A stretch of 64,000 nt of DNA from Balanoglossus misakiensis. Taxonomy: Eukaryota; Animalia; Hemichordata. Numbering within the stretch: the stretch's first letter is position 1; every line of letters begins with the position of its first letter. The DNA lies in the NCBI GenBank assembly GCA_040954595.2, contig CM082596.2, positions 6,584,791 through 6,648,790 on the forward strand, given 5' to 3'. Shown one piece after another: positions 44,286-57,238 of the stretch. The position numbers and the translations under genes were made by a program. Under the pieces are notes generated by a model. The model saw nothing but the letters and a program-made list of their open reading frames with translations, did no database searches and was not told the DNA's origin.

Positions 44286-46785
44286 TTCTGTCTCTCTCTC
44301 TCGCGCTCTCTCTTTTCATCCTTAATACAACATATCTTTATTATACCTCGACTTTCATGTTGTTTTTGGCGGTGACCGAACCAGCTGGCATGGATATAGA
44401 CAAATCTGTACAAACAGAGGACGTGAAGGTACAACCTTTGGGGTCCGCCACGAAATCTTCTCTCACAAAGCTGGAAACTACGACGAACATTGCCAATTTG
44501 GTTATCTGCACGCCGATACCGCCATCGGTCTGCGGAGGACAAAAACGCAAGGAGATAAATGGAACATTACGAAGAGGCTAACAACGTAAACTAGTTTCAT
44601 AATTGCGCATTGGTAGTTGATACGTACATGCATTAGGTCGAGTCTGTGAATCGCCATTAAATAAATTCACATTGGCCGCCAATGTCATCTAAATCTGGAG
44701 AGAGACCGCCCTATGCCAAGACTGGCGTGTCTTCGCATTACCTTATATGGAGTGTGCGTCTCCCACCGGATACCGTCGCGACTTGACATCACGGCCAATT
44801 TTCTGGTTGCTTGGGTTACCAGTGAAAAGCCCAACGCCACTGATCTTGAGAACGACACAGAATGGGGCTGAAGGTCAATGATGTCGGTTTCGAAGCATTC
44901 GCTGTCTTCAAGGTTAGGTCTGAACACCTCACCGTCAACAACCCTCGCTGTGAATTCGACAGGGTTCTTGATTATGCCTGGTAGAACTGTCAATGTAACG
45001 TTCCTCATAAGAGACAATTTCTGTCGTTCCTGTTGAAGAAATGGAATGATGTAATCATTTGGATGAGGGAATACACGCGTTGGCGTCTATCAGCTTGCAC
45101 GCACACACACACTCATGTACATGCATGTATGTATGTATGTATGTATTGATTGATTGAATGATTGGCTTTCGCTGGATTAATTATTTCGTGATTTGCTCAT
45201 TAACTTAATAATGTTCTAACCTTATCATCAGGAGTCAGGAAAAACTTCGAGCCTTCTTCGAAGCTCGGTTCACTGGCGTCATCTTCTTCACTTTCTATCC
45301 CTGAATAAGAATGATAGCAATTGCCATACACAAATTATTCGCATGTCTTTCTGGGTATTATATGTAAATGATAACGAAAAGGGTTATTTTTCATCATTTT
45401 AACGCATAGCAAATGTAGCATATATGCTATAAGTATATACGTGATGATATCTGCACAATGGCGGATACGAACTGTAGCTGGATAAATCATTATATAATGT
45501 TTCTTAGCTTAGATATTGCAATAATGAACAGACATACGCATTAATAGATCTGGTATCGGGTTTTGCGTCTGGAACTTTTTCATTTCTTCGATACCCCGGA
45601 GACATACTTCGAGGGGCGGGTATTCCACTGGATTGCCCCTGAGCTGGATTTTGTTGAGTTTTCCCAACTTAGCAAGCACTTCAAGGGGAATGTACCGGAT
45701 CGCATTGCCCTCGATGTTCAGGTGCTGCAGGGATGATATGTCCATTATCTTGGCGAGGGCCTTAGCGTTCATCTTGTTGGACCGCAGATTCAATTCGCCC
45801 AGGCTCGTAAGCCGGGCGATTTCAGTGGGCAGGTCTCTGAGTTTGTTTCCTTCGACGGACAGCTCCTTCAGATTGGCCAGCTTGGTGACGCTGATGGGCA
45901 AGGTCTCGAAATCGTTGTCGTCCAACGAGATGTGTCGCAGCTTCACCAGGGGCTCCAGGTCCGGGAGGTCGGTCAGGTCGTTGTCGCCGATGTCCAAGTC
46001 GGCAAGATTTGTGAGAAGTCCTGAAAATAGTTTAACGTATTAAATAACTAAAAATAACGAAAAAAAAGAATCAAAGGTATACGGTCACCTTTGGAAATTT
46101 AGCTACAGTCACCATGGAAAATTGAGATCCAGCCAATCACAGATTTTCAGTGGGTGTCTCACGCAAAAAATCGCCATTATTCGTTCTTTAGAATACTCAA
46201 ATACTGCTTTTACCCCAGTTACAACTCACCGATTGACGGAGGAATGTCTGTCAAGTCGTTGTCATCCAAATGCAGAACCGTGAGCAGGTTCAAGGTAAAT
46301 AGCTCTGCTGGGAGGTCTTTCAGTTGGTTTTTGTCCAAGGCCAGCGTCGTCAGACTCTGTAGTTTACCGATGTCCGGGTGGATGGATTCCACGCTATTTC
46401 CACTTACGTCGAGTTCGACCAAGTTGACGAGCTTATAGACGGGGGCGGGTATGTCCATGAAGTTGTTGTCGGCCAGATTTAGCGTCCGCAGAGTCCACAG
46501 GTTGCTGATTTGTGGAGGTAGGGTCCTTAACCGATTTCCACTCACGTCGAGAGACTGGAGGCGTGTAAACGAGCAGACGACAGGCGGAAAGTCTTCGAAG
46601 CGATTACTCGCCAGGTCCAGATTCTGCAGACTTCGAAGTTTCTTCAGCTCCTGCGGCAGTCCCGCTAATTTGTTGTTGTAAAGTTTCAGAGTTTTGATGT
46701 TCTCATTTTCAAAGTATGTCAGAGGCAGAGTGTCCAGGCCACGATTGTCAAGAGACAGCGTGTCTCTCACGCTGTTTTCTTGCAT
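41359..46785 (-). CDS. PIDD1-like LRR-ZU5-ZU5-UPA protein with two tandem death domains, about 988 aa
   Basis: Ten exons: 46785-46230 and 46020-45538 (about 14 LRRs plus the GNP..YPP.EVC..G cap), 45300-45221, 45029-44742 (ZU5-1: ..IIDLQPHSVSFSRSV..), 44529-44347, 43995-43703 (ZU5-2: ..FSPVV..FKKPVTLCLPLP..WQDVT..), 43494-42996 (UPA-like), 42652-42616, 42362-42093 (DD1: MGRDWESFARQLGL..AMLKWK..AT..IIDAL) and 41636-41359 (DD2: KWKQFGR..LGLS..IDAD..MLELWK..ATV..LVDSL). Total 2967 nt, open frame. Confidence 0.88.
42364..42472. repeat. (TAA)(GAT)n(GTT)n microsatellite plus a 27-bp dispersed repeat
   Basis: Seen directly; abuts the acceptor of the DD1 exon. Confidence 0.88.
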
Positions 46786-49242
46786 CTTTTATTATTTTTC
46801 CTTTTAAAGAATGGAACAAAGCAAACATTATTTACCAGTCTCTACAAAACACAAGTTAATTTCAGTTTTCGTAATTAGAGGCACCGTCCCATGGTTGAAC
46901 AATCATGCCAATTTTTAATATCGATCAGTCACCACAGGTTAATCGGTCCTACAAGGTGAAGGAGATTTCTGTTCTTCAACAGTGGGTGTGATTGTTGTTA
47001 TAGTACTGGATCGAGCAGAGCTTGTAAGTGCAACTCATAACACGATTCATTGAGCCAACTCTTTTAGACATTGGTGGCTGACTCCACGTCTGGTGACAGT
47101 ACCGTACATTTTCGTCCCTAGCCTTGACATTGAACTAAACGCGTAAATGGGTCGAACGTTGTGTATAGGCACATTACTAATTGCACCGGCACACCAAACG
47201 TGTAGGGGCATGCACTGAGTTCGACAGAGCGACAGATCAGTTTGCACGAATCCGGGTTCGTGATGGTTGTCCCGAAGTGCCACGCTAACAGAGGGGGCGC
47301 ATTCGCCGACCTTTCACCCTGCCCCCCACCCGGAACCGTCGACTGCAGTTATAACTCTGTCGTGTACGGAGGGAGATTGTCTCGAGTAAACAAGATACAG
47401 GCAGTTACCTGTCGACCTCAGACTACATACTCAGATCAAATTGTTCTCTATGCGGTGATTGTACCTGTATACGTACCTGAGTTATTGTACACTGTGTAGT
47501 AGATAGGCCGATCGATGTGAGTGATATTTTTGAACGACGCTTTTGATTTATGTATCTGGTGCTGGGCAAACAATATTGACGTGATAAATATCGGGGTTAC
47601 TATAATCGATATGATAAATTTAAAACAGTGCTGTGATTTGTATATGTGGAGCCATGCGGTACTCAGAGATTCAAGAGAATCCGACCACCGTTCTTGCGTC
47701 TGAGCTTTAAAAGAAAAAAAAAGATCTACTTCCAGACCACCCGTGTATTCTGCTAGTAAGAACATTTCCTATAATTGGCATAACACCGCTGAAGTATCAC
47801 ATGTATATAAACCAAAAAATCTATCAAAACTGTCGAGGAATGTGTGTTTCTCTGCTGAACAAGAGCTGCTAATGATACTTGTACAAAGATCCGTGCCATA
47901 TTCGTAAACTTAAGTTTCTTGGCGTAGTTTTGAGATTGTGCCAACGTGTTACAAACCACCAAGGTCCTGGTTCATGCGAGGTCATACCGACTACTGGCAA
48001 AAGAGTGCGTCAAACAAACAATATTGCCGACCGTATATGCTATGTTCTGCGGCACTCTGTTCAAGAAATTATATGTAACACGTATAAACGAATTGAACGA
48101 GCGGACAAGGTAAATGCCGGAGCGATATTCACTTACCGACCGGCGGCCGTCTTCGCATAGGCGGAAGTCAACTCGCGCTGTCGCACTGAGTTGAGGAAGT
48201 ACCTGGCCCGCTGTTGCAGCGCCGAGGTCGAGGAAGGCAAGCCTTTTTTTGTTTTTGTGGGTATAGTGGTGGCAGATCAGATTTGCAGGGGTATTGTATT
48301 TACACAACAGCCGCGTTCTTTCAACCTGGCAACGTGCCATGGACTGGTTCAGTCACGGTCGTGTTTCACAGCAGGGTAAATGTCATATTCTTGATTTATC
48401 TCTCTTCTGTTTGCCAGTCACGCCCTATCAGGCACCCACTGGTATGTCGCTTAATTTTTCACACTCTTATAGTATAGGTCAGTATCTTTGACAGAATTTT
48501 TTTCAGTGGTGTTTCTATTCAGTTCCCTTACCTGCATTGTAAATCGGTACTTACGCGAAGACATGCATCATGGCACTCGTAACAGTTGTGTTCAATTCTG
48601 GGGTCGGCTAAGGTCACCGAATGCATAGTAAAGAGCCGTGGTTGTGAAAAAGAGGTACCAGCAGCGTAAACAACACTGCAGAGATTGAAAAAACAACAAC
48701 ACTTCAATCGAACGAGCTGCACTTTGGTTAAATGCGGGTAGTTCACAGACACAGTAAGTGCAAATTGCCAGGTCGAGATGCTACGTGAACTCATTTTAAT
48801 ACTCTGGGATCAAATGGTGTACATACAGATTTAAATATCGAAGCAACAATTATTGAAAGTTTTCACCAACAGATATCAAATACTTATGTCTACGAAGCCC
48901 AGTACGTATACATGCGTATCGAACCTGATACATTCACGTGGAAGTAATAGCTAATACTGGTCAGGTTTTGTAACGATATGATAAAATATAAAATAGGTTA
49001 TTAATACAACACTATAAAATCACATATTTCTTAGCAAGTCTTTAGAGATTTATAAATGCGAATTGTAAAAGAATATTATGGAAATCAATATTGTTGTGAC
49101 TATATTTTATAAAGGGGCATGGGAAAGCAAACAGCGGACAGACTTCTGTCAAACAATACTGCAGCTGGAATGTTGTCTCCTTCCCACCGTTCTTCCTGGA
49201 CAACGCCCTTGACCTTGAGAACCCTCGGTGCATTCTGGCAGC

Positions 49243-52200
49243 CTAATAAGTGATGATGTCAGTCGAGCTTTCGTTCGCTTTGGGTGCAAAGTCCCCATAC
49301 TTGGTGGCGTCTCCGAGGGAAGACGCGTTGCAATCGGGATTCTCCGCTTCGGGTTTTTCAGTACTCAGTCTGTTGTTCAGTGCGTAAGGTTCGCAGTCTT
49401 GCAGCGGTTGGTTGTCGTAGCTGATGTCGCTGGGGGCGTCGCCACCATATACAGGGTCCCTCGTCGACTTTCCCGACGAATGCCTATGGCAAGGGTGAAT
49501 TGAACATCAAATTACAGAACAAAGTTCAAATAAACTAATGCATAGCACAGGACTGTTACATACCGAGGCAGTACAGCGACAGTCCTGTAGGATAGCATTT
49601 CAGATGTGGACATGAGATTCAGCTTTAACATTGCACCATCTAGTCATCTTTCTCGCACGACGAGATTTTCCATCAGCTATACTGTGTTGGATGTTTCTTT
49701 TAATTATTATTAAGTTCCAAGGGATTTACGTTAGGAAAACGGACACGTTACCTTCTGTACACCAGCAAAGCAATCACCACCCCGGTTACAATGGAAACGA
49801 ACACGAGTATCGCTATCACCAACGCCGTGTCTGAAACAAGGCAACGTGTTCGTCACTAAAATATCAATATTTTCAACAGGTGAATAATGTCCATATGAGC
49901 TTCTATGCGTAGATTTTACAGAAAAGACTATGTACTCACTCGATCCGCCAGATGGAACGCAACTGGGCAATTCACTCCACAAACCATCAGCTTGGCAAAC
50001 TACTGTACCGTCTCCGTCATCCAAGATATATCCGTCGTGGCACTCGTAGGCCACCGTACTGTTATAAGTAAAGTCTTCCCCGGACATATCTGCGTTATCA
50101 ACGTCTTCAGGTTCCCCACAGTCTATTACTGCAAGACATCCGTCATAACAAATTGTTATTATTTGAGTATCGCACGCTGTTAACATCTCTAGTGGCCATC
50201 ACTTACTCGACTGTTTTAAATATTACTTGTGCGATGTTGTAGTTGTTGTTGTTGTTGGTGGTGGTGGTGGTGGTGGTGGTGACATAGTCTGACTTTCAAG
50301 TTTCTTTATTTCATTAATTATTCAGATTACAGTTTTAATAAAATAGTTGGCTTACGGTTACAGGTAGGGACCTCGTCACTCCACTGCCCGTCCGACTGGC
50401 AGAGTAACGAGTCCGTACCATTAATTGCATACCCCTCATCACAGTAGAAGTATATCTCCGATCCGTAGGTTAGATCGTCACCTTCTCTTTGGCCGTTGTC
50501 TATCTCTCCTGGATCCGCACATGTGACAACTGAGCACAACAAATAATGTTTTGGTGAATCGGGCAATTGTGAAATGAGCTAATACAAACAAAATAATACC
50601 AAAAGTGAACGACTTTGTCCCTTTAACAGGAACTCGGCCAATTCATGTGATCAACATGATTATTCCATCTGCCAAAACGTCACCAGTGACCAGCCTGGGA
50701 CACTGGTTCCTTGGTTTAATTCGTAAGTGCTTTATAAAGACAATGAGTTCAAGCTTGTCAGGAGATTGTGGAAATCGCATAGTTGCACAATATGATCATA
50801 ATGACCAGTCAAACCGTTCAATACCAATAATGTGACGTAGCTCTAATAAGTGTGTCAATTTCAATGAAGTGATTTCAACACTGATTGGATGACATACCGT
50901 CACATACGGGTACACCGGCGTCCCACGATCCGTCCGATTGGCAGGTTATGGTTTCAGTGCCATTGAGTGTGTACCCTTCACGACACCAGTAGGTAACGTT
51001 GCTGCCATACGTGAAATCGTCTCCTTCAGACTCGCCGTTTTCTGGTTGCCCTGGGTCGCCGCAGGACACGGCTGTGAGTCAAAAAGACAATTTTATATGC
51101 AGTAATAGCTGCTTTCTAAATCGTGAGCTCTGTCACCTTGTCATGCTACGTGCATGTTGATACTGTCGGAGGCCATTTCGGATTCGGGGTCAAGTGCACG
51201 TCTGACAGACTGGTGACGTACCTTCACATACGGGTACATCGGCGTCCCACGATCCGTCCGATTGGCAGGTTATGGTTTCATTGCCATTGAGGGCGTATCC
51301 TTCACGACACCAGTAGGTGACGTTGCTGCCATACGTGAAATCGTCTCCTTCAGACTCGCCGTTTTCTGGTTGTCCCGGATCGCCGCACGACACGACTACG
51401 AATAAAATTGCACATGATGTTTTATCGGTGTCCCAAGTCACTGTTCTTCATTGTCAATTTTGTCAGTGCACGAAATTCTCAGTGAAATACTAAGTATACT
51501 GGACAGTGGTTTACATTGCCTATGAATTAGTTTTATCATACAATTGAAATCCGTACCATCTGCCGACAAAGACCCCCCCAACCAAATTCTCAACCCCAGC
51601 CCCCTCCAGTAATCAACTGGTTCTCCCTAAAGAGAGAGTGACTCCCTTACTCGTACAGTCCGAGAGGCTATCATTCCATGCGCCATCTTCCAGGCATGTA
51701 ATGGCCGTGACGTTGGTTGCCGGGTAATACCCGGTATCACACACCAAGACCAGTGTGTCACCAGGCATGTATTCAATGTGGTCTGTGCTATTGACCAAAC
51801 CGTTGTCCGTCGTTCCGTTGTACACACAGTTGTAGACAGCTGAAAGGAAATCGAGAACTAGAAGATTCAAACCCTTATGTAAATAAAAGGCTTTTAGATA
51901 TAAACGGTTACAGTTATGATTATGAATATAGGTTAAGGTTGAACTTTACGACGTTTTGTCCAGATAAGCCTTTAGTACACAGCAACGAGGGTGCCCTGGT
52001 TGGTCTTCTTGGACTTCCGCTTATACAAAGTCAAGGTCAAGTCACGATGTCATCTGTGATGATTCAATGACGCTTTACTTGGTAAAAATGGGTTAAATTG
52101 GCACGGAATGTTCTTGAGCTCCACTTAGCCCATCGGACAAACAGTTCATAGCTATATACTAAGATGATTAATATAGGTTGAAGTTGCACTCTAAAGATAT

Positions 52201-55200
52201 AATGTACCAGGTATCACAATCTTGAGCGAAGGCCGTGGATTGTAAAACAACTTACACCAAGTAACACTGGTTTAGTTGAATATTACCATACTTAAATACC
52301 ATGCTTAAAATATCAGTTACCGTAAAATACCGCTTTGAATTGCCCTTCTGTTGAGTCTGTGGTGTTCGCAGAGGACAACTTGACCACTGCCTGGTTAGAT
52401 TCAGAGTACGGCACCGACAGCGACTCGCCGCTGCAATCCCAGGGGTACGCTCCGAGGGAGGCTTCGTCCTCGTCGGAATCTCCGATGAGAACGTAGTCGT
52501 TCTCCCGGAGGAGGAACTCCAGGAATTCTATTTTCACGAAGGAACTGTTGCTGGTGTGTAGGTACCACTTGTAGGTGATGCCTCCGGGGTAACCGTAGGG
52601 GTAATACGGCGAGAGGAGGGTGCCGTTGTCCCTGGTGATTTCAACCTCCTCAGAGAGAATTTGTGCTGTGGATTTAGTAAAATTGCATTATGTCGAGACT
52701 ATAAAACGTTTTTACGAATATCTATATTTAGTGTCCGGTGGATGTTTTCTGTTGTCTGCCTGACCAGGCCCAGGAGAGCGTACAATTTCAGTGTCAGTGA
52801 CCTTTGAGAAGGTCTTGCATGGACTACACCTTTTGGTATACAGTGTATTGCTGGTTTGGTTTGAACTGGGCATCGTGTGGTACATGTAGTATTGTATGTA
52901 ATGATGCGAGTGAAAAATAACTTCTGTTTAGTGACGACGGTCTAATTGGCACACAACGGTGTGCGTAATCATGGATGACTGGTAATATGTAGTGTAATAT
53001 CTTGCACGTTATTTTTCGACCTACTTTCCCATTCCAAAAGAAAAAGCCCTTCGCTGGTCCAGTTCTGTCGCGAGTAGGAAAACACCACCTCCATGACGTT
53101 GGACGACGTCGGCTGAATGACCAGGTCCGAGCCCTGGGTGTACTCCTGCGCGTCTCCGGACCTGGCGTCGATGATGAGAACGGTGTAGCCGGCGCCCACC
53201 TCGAACATGGTGAACGTGCTGCAGATGGCACTGCCGCTGGGGCCGCGTACGGTCCACACGCAACTCTCATCGTCGCCGCCGACGTGCACCCCGGGGAAGC
53301 CGGGGGAATGGACGGTCCCTTCCTTTCCGGCGGCTGCACCTCCGCAGCTGCCCAGTGATGCTGAAATATAGCGTGATTGAAACATTGGCAATGGAGCAAT
53401 TCCTTTGTAAAATATGATCGTAGGTTTATAGGTTTAAACCTGTCCAGTAATTGTTCCAATATAACGGGACAAATAAAGTGCCCGAGCAACTTCTAAAGGC
53501 AGGCGTAACATAGTCATCATGCTAATTATGACAATTTATAAAATTAGGGGTAGATCCTTACTTTCATATATTCCGATGTATTGAAAAGCAGCCACACTTC
53601 CACCACACGCCTGGGTGGCGTTCCCCTCGCACGGAATCTGGCAAAGATTATTTGATTCTCTGTCGTAGTCGCCGGCATCAAAGTTGACTCCACACGAACA
53701 GCGATTGCCCTCTTGGACACCGGCGTAACCGTAGTCAGTCTCGAAGCTGCGGCAGGACTCTAGGCAGTATTCGATCGTCATCTCTTCGCTGGATAAGAGC
53801 TCGTCTTCCAAAAGCGGGTTCCTGTCGTCGGTTTTAAAGCATCCTAAATAGCCTTCGTCTTGAGTACAAGTATGGAAAAGATATAGATATACCATAAACA
53901 GCAAGATAATTTGACCAATATCAGTTTTGCCCCCCCCCCCCCTAGTAAATCTAACTACCGACATTACTCAAGTTACAGTTCCGTATCGTCCAATGGACAC
54001 TATTGGTGTATACTATGACAGAGATATAGCGGATAATATTCTAGCGGAAGTGAAGTAATTTTCCGTGAGATTATGTCCATACGTGACGAACTCTTGTCTA
54101 ATCAAATGTAATTCCTAATAATGACGAGTATACTAGTATTCCATTTATAGTAAGCCAATAACATAACAACAAATGGTAGTTTCGTATCCCCGCATTAGTT
54201 TCTCCAATACAAACATGGGTTTACGGAAGGGGATACGAGTCTAAACGATGGATTTGAATTGTTTTCACCTTAAAATATCATAGTTGTATTCCATATTATC
54301 TCTAGCACAATGCAGAAATCATGTTTTGGTTTCATTCCCAACTTTAGTTCGCCCTTATTTTTGTGGTGTTGTGATTTAACGATTTTTATTCCCGGGAACA
54401 ATTTTAGCAATTTATTTCAAAACTTTGGTTCTGAGTCAAGACACACATGTACATTGAAACTAAGTATACTGGGACTATGCACACAAAGTCTTTGTCCATA
54501 CACACTGGAGCATAGCGTTCGGTCAAGTAAACTTTTCCACAGCCAAACCTGTGTTAGTGGCCACCTCTATATATGGTGAGCCACCACTAAACAGTGGTCA
54601 CTTTGTTACGGTCCCTGAGCAATTAACGTGTGCATTAATTGATGACCTGTCTATAAAGTCCAGTTTAGGAAAGTCCCTTGACTGGCCACTATAGACAGGT
54701 TTGACTGTACAATAATTTCCTTTCTGTTATGTGTATATGTGCAGTGCAGTTCGGTTTTTGATACAGCCAGACTCACAATTGCAGGTGACCCCGGCACTGT
54801 TCCCATCACACACGGGTATTGGCCCAGTTTGCCAGACTAAGGTGTAGTCGCAGTCGTAGATGTCAGTCTCCTGACCGGTGCATTCGATGTTTATCAGCCA
54901 CGCGCCCTCGTGGTCTACGTCCATATAACCGTCCACAGTGGTGGCCCACATAGCGCCAGCACTGTAGCCTGTCAACAGGATGGCATTGCCAGAGAGAGGT
55001 TTCAGAAAATGAAGTGAATACCCATTTTTTGGGGCCTACAACAAAGGAAGCCCGTTCATTCTCTTGTAAGCTCAGGTGAAGTAAATATGAGATGTGTATA
55101 GATAGTAAAGTTTGGGGAAGTATCGTATGACATTATGAATAAGATATATGTTTTCCACGCCCCGATCGACCAAAAATAATATTGTCATTTTTTTTCAATG

Positions 55201-55687
55201 GGTGTATTTTAGGGAAGTTTGCTCTTTCTCAATCAAGGGGCGTTAATTGTAAAGAAATTTGATCTCCATTGTCAAATTGAATGCATAACCAATTATTTAC
55301 TTGTGATAGAACCACAAAGCCAAATGAAATGCTCACAAACTTGCCTTGCTGGCGGCAAACGACATCTGATTCTGTTATTGTCCATGATATAAGCGTGTCA
55401 CACACCCTTGCCCATTCGCTGTAGCCGCCATCATACACCAGCACCTCAACGATACCATCATATGGGCTTCTACCGTCAACAAAACGGACAGTGTCTGGGC
55501 AGCAAAAATGCATTAATATAATATGAAATCACTGACAGAGAGTATGTATATGTAAACTCCTATCACATTTAAAGTCGGCGAATATGTCTGTCTGTCTATA
55601 TCCATCAGTTACATGTATGCATGTCACATATGTACATACATACACACACACACACGCACGCACACGAACGCACGAATACACACACAC

Positions 55688-55732
<45 letters not shown>

Positions 55733-55859
55733 TACGTACCCAGACACACAAACAGGCAGGCAGGCAGGCATGTAGACAAACAGACATTTTACCTTCGGAA
55801 GTGGCAGCTCCTACACAAATTGCTACCATGCCAACAACAACTTCGGCAAAATTCATCAT
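49243..55859 (-). CDS. Type I membrane receptor: signal-SRCR-WSC-CUB-CUB-5xSushi(CCP)-TM-cytoplasmic tail, about 868 aa
   Basis: 13 exons: 55859-55793 (signal), 55494-55345 and 54968-54777 (SRCR: VRFVDG..GIVEV..WARVCD..VVCRQQGY..IECTGQE.DI.DC), 53858-53562 (WSC: YLGCF..MTIEYC..YAGVQEG..CSCG), 53360-53025 and 52665-52321 (CUB), 51839-51651, 51395-51222, 51071-50898, 50529-50356 and 50128-49940 (Sushi), 49830-49752 (TM ALVIAILVFVSIVTGVVIALLVY) and 49483-49243 (tail ending IITY*). Requires one GC-AG intron. Confidence 0.9.
54540..54707. mobile_element. MITE (non-autonomous Tc1/mariner-pogo-like DNA element)
   Basis: Imperfect terminal inverted repeats of about 24 bp: cagccaaacctgtgttagtggcca on the left and tggccactatagacaggtttgactg on the right, followed by TA. 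No ORF inside. Lies in intron 3 of the SRCR receptor. Confidence 0.7.
55636..55730. repeat. (CA)n microsatellite in intron 1 of the SRCR receptor
   Basis: Seen directly. Confidence 0.93.
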
Positions 55860-57238
55860 AACCCCCTGTCTCGTCTTGCTGAACTTGTCGTGGTTGTACT
55901 CCCAGATGTTGTGGGGCTTCCCGACTGCTGAGTGTCAACTTGTATTATTGGGATGCGGTGATGCGATTAAGCTCGAGATTAATACAGAGATAAGTTTTGG
56001 AAATTCCAATAGTGCACGACCGGTGCAAACAAACTCGGGAAAAGCTGTCATTATTAATAACGTTGAGGATGGTGACAGTGTGTGACACTTAGTACCGATC
56101 GCCCTTCATCCCTGATAATATTTATCAGTCCGATCCACTTCTCTATTTTTAAAATGAAAGGAAAGTTGGTTATTACTTCCTTAACCTGTCTTTAATGACA
56201 AATAGGGTCCTCTCACGATCCTCACACCGATTGGATGATGCGCAGTATACCTGCGCCTCATCCGAGATGACATGCAACGATATGTCACCTGGCCTGCACG
56301 TAAGCCACGTCTGACGATAAGAGGGTTAACACCCGTGCCACAGGGCGTGGGAACCACCGTGACTTGGCAGGAACAAAAATGTTTCTGACTAAAAGCTCAT
56401 CTTTTCGGGTTGGTGCAACTGATAGCATCCAATATCAGACGCGAGTGACGTGAACACCACGTGCAAAGCTGAATTCTCAGCAGACATAGCTGATAGCCTG
56501 GTTTGCACAATCACATACTGCAGTGTTAGTTTTAATATATGGCCAAAAAACAATATCTGTTATAAATAGAAATTTGTGGTGATCAGTGTGACGTATTGTA
56601 TATGTGCTAACTGCTAAGATGTCTATCAGACAACATACGTGACCTATCTGTACTGACACAGTATGTGGAAGCAAATACTGGCCAATTACTGACCCATGTC
56701 AACCAGAGGACTTCGGGTGCAGGTAGTTTGGCTTAGACATTATGTTACTGTTTTGTGATTGCACACTGAGTTTGACATAATAAAAATAATGTTATAGTGT
56801 AACATTTTATTAAATTTACAGATTAAAATAGATACAACTCGAAATACAAGATTAAAATGCTGCAATAATACAATTCTTAAGTATACCCTCAATTATGATT
56901 CTCTTCTATTGAAATTAATATGTCTTCCGGAATTTACCACCAGAGGTCGTATATGATCATAAATAAGGTACCAATAAATATGCTAAATGTACTGTCCTGT
57001 GAGTATAAAGAATTTCGTCGTTTAGAACACCACTTATTAATAAATACTTGCCTGTACTACTTCTGTATATGTACCTCATACAAAGTGTTAGAAGATAATA
57101 CCAGCTAATCAATTCTTACAAGAATCATTATAATACTAATATGAAAGGTAAATGACGACTTTTGACTTTGTGAATTGCACTTAATATTTTACACGACCCT
57201 TCCAAAGGAACATTTGATTTCAATGATAGTCATGATTT

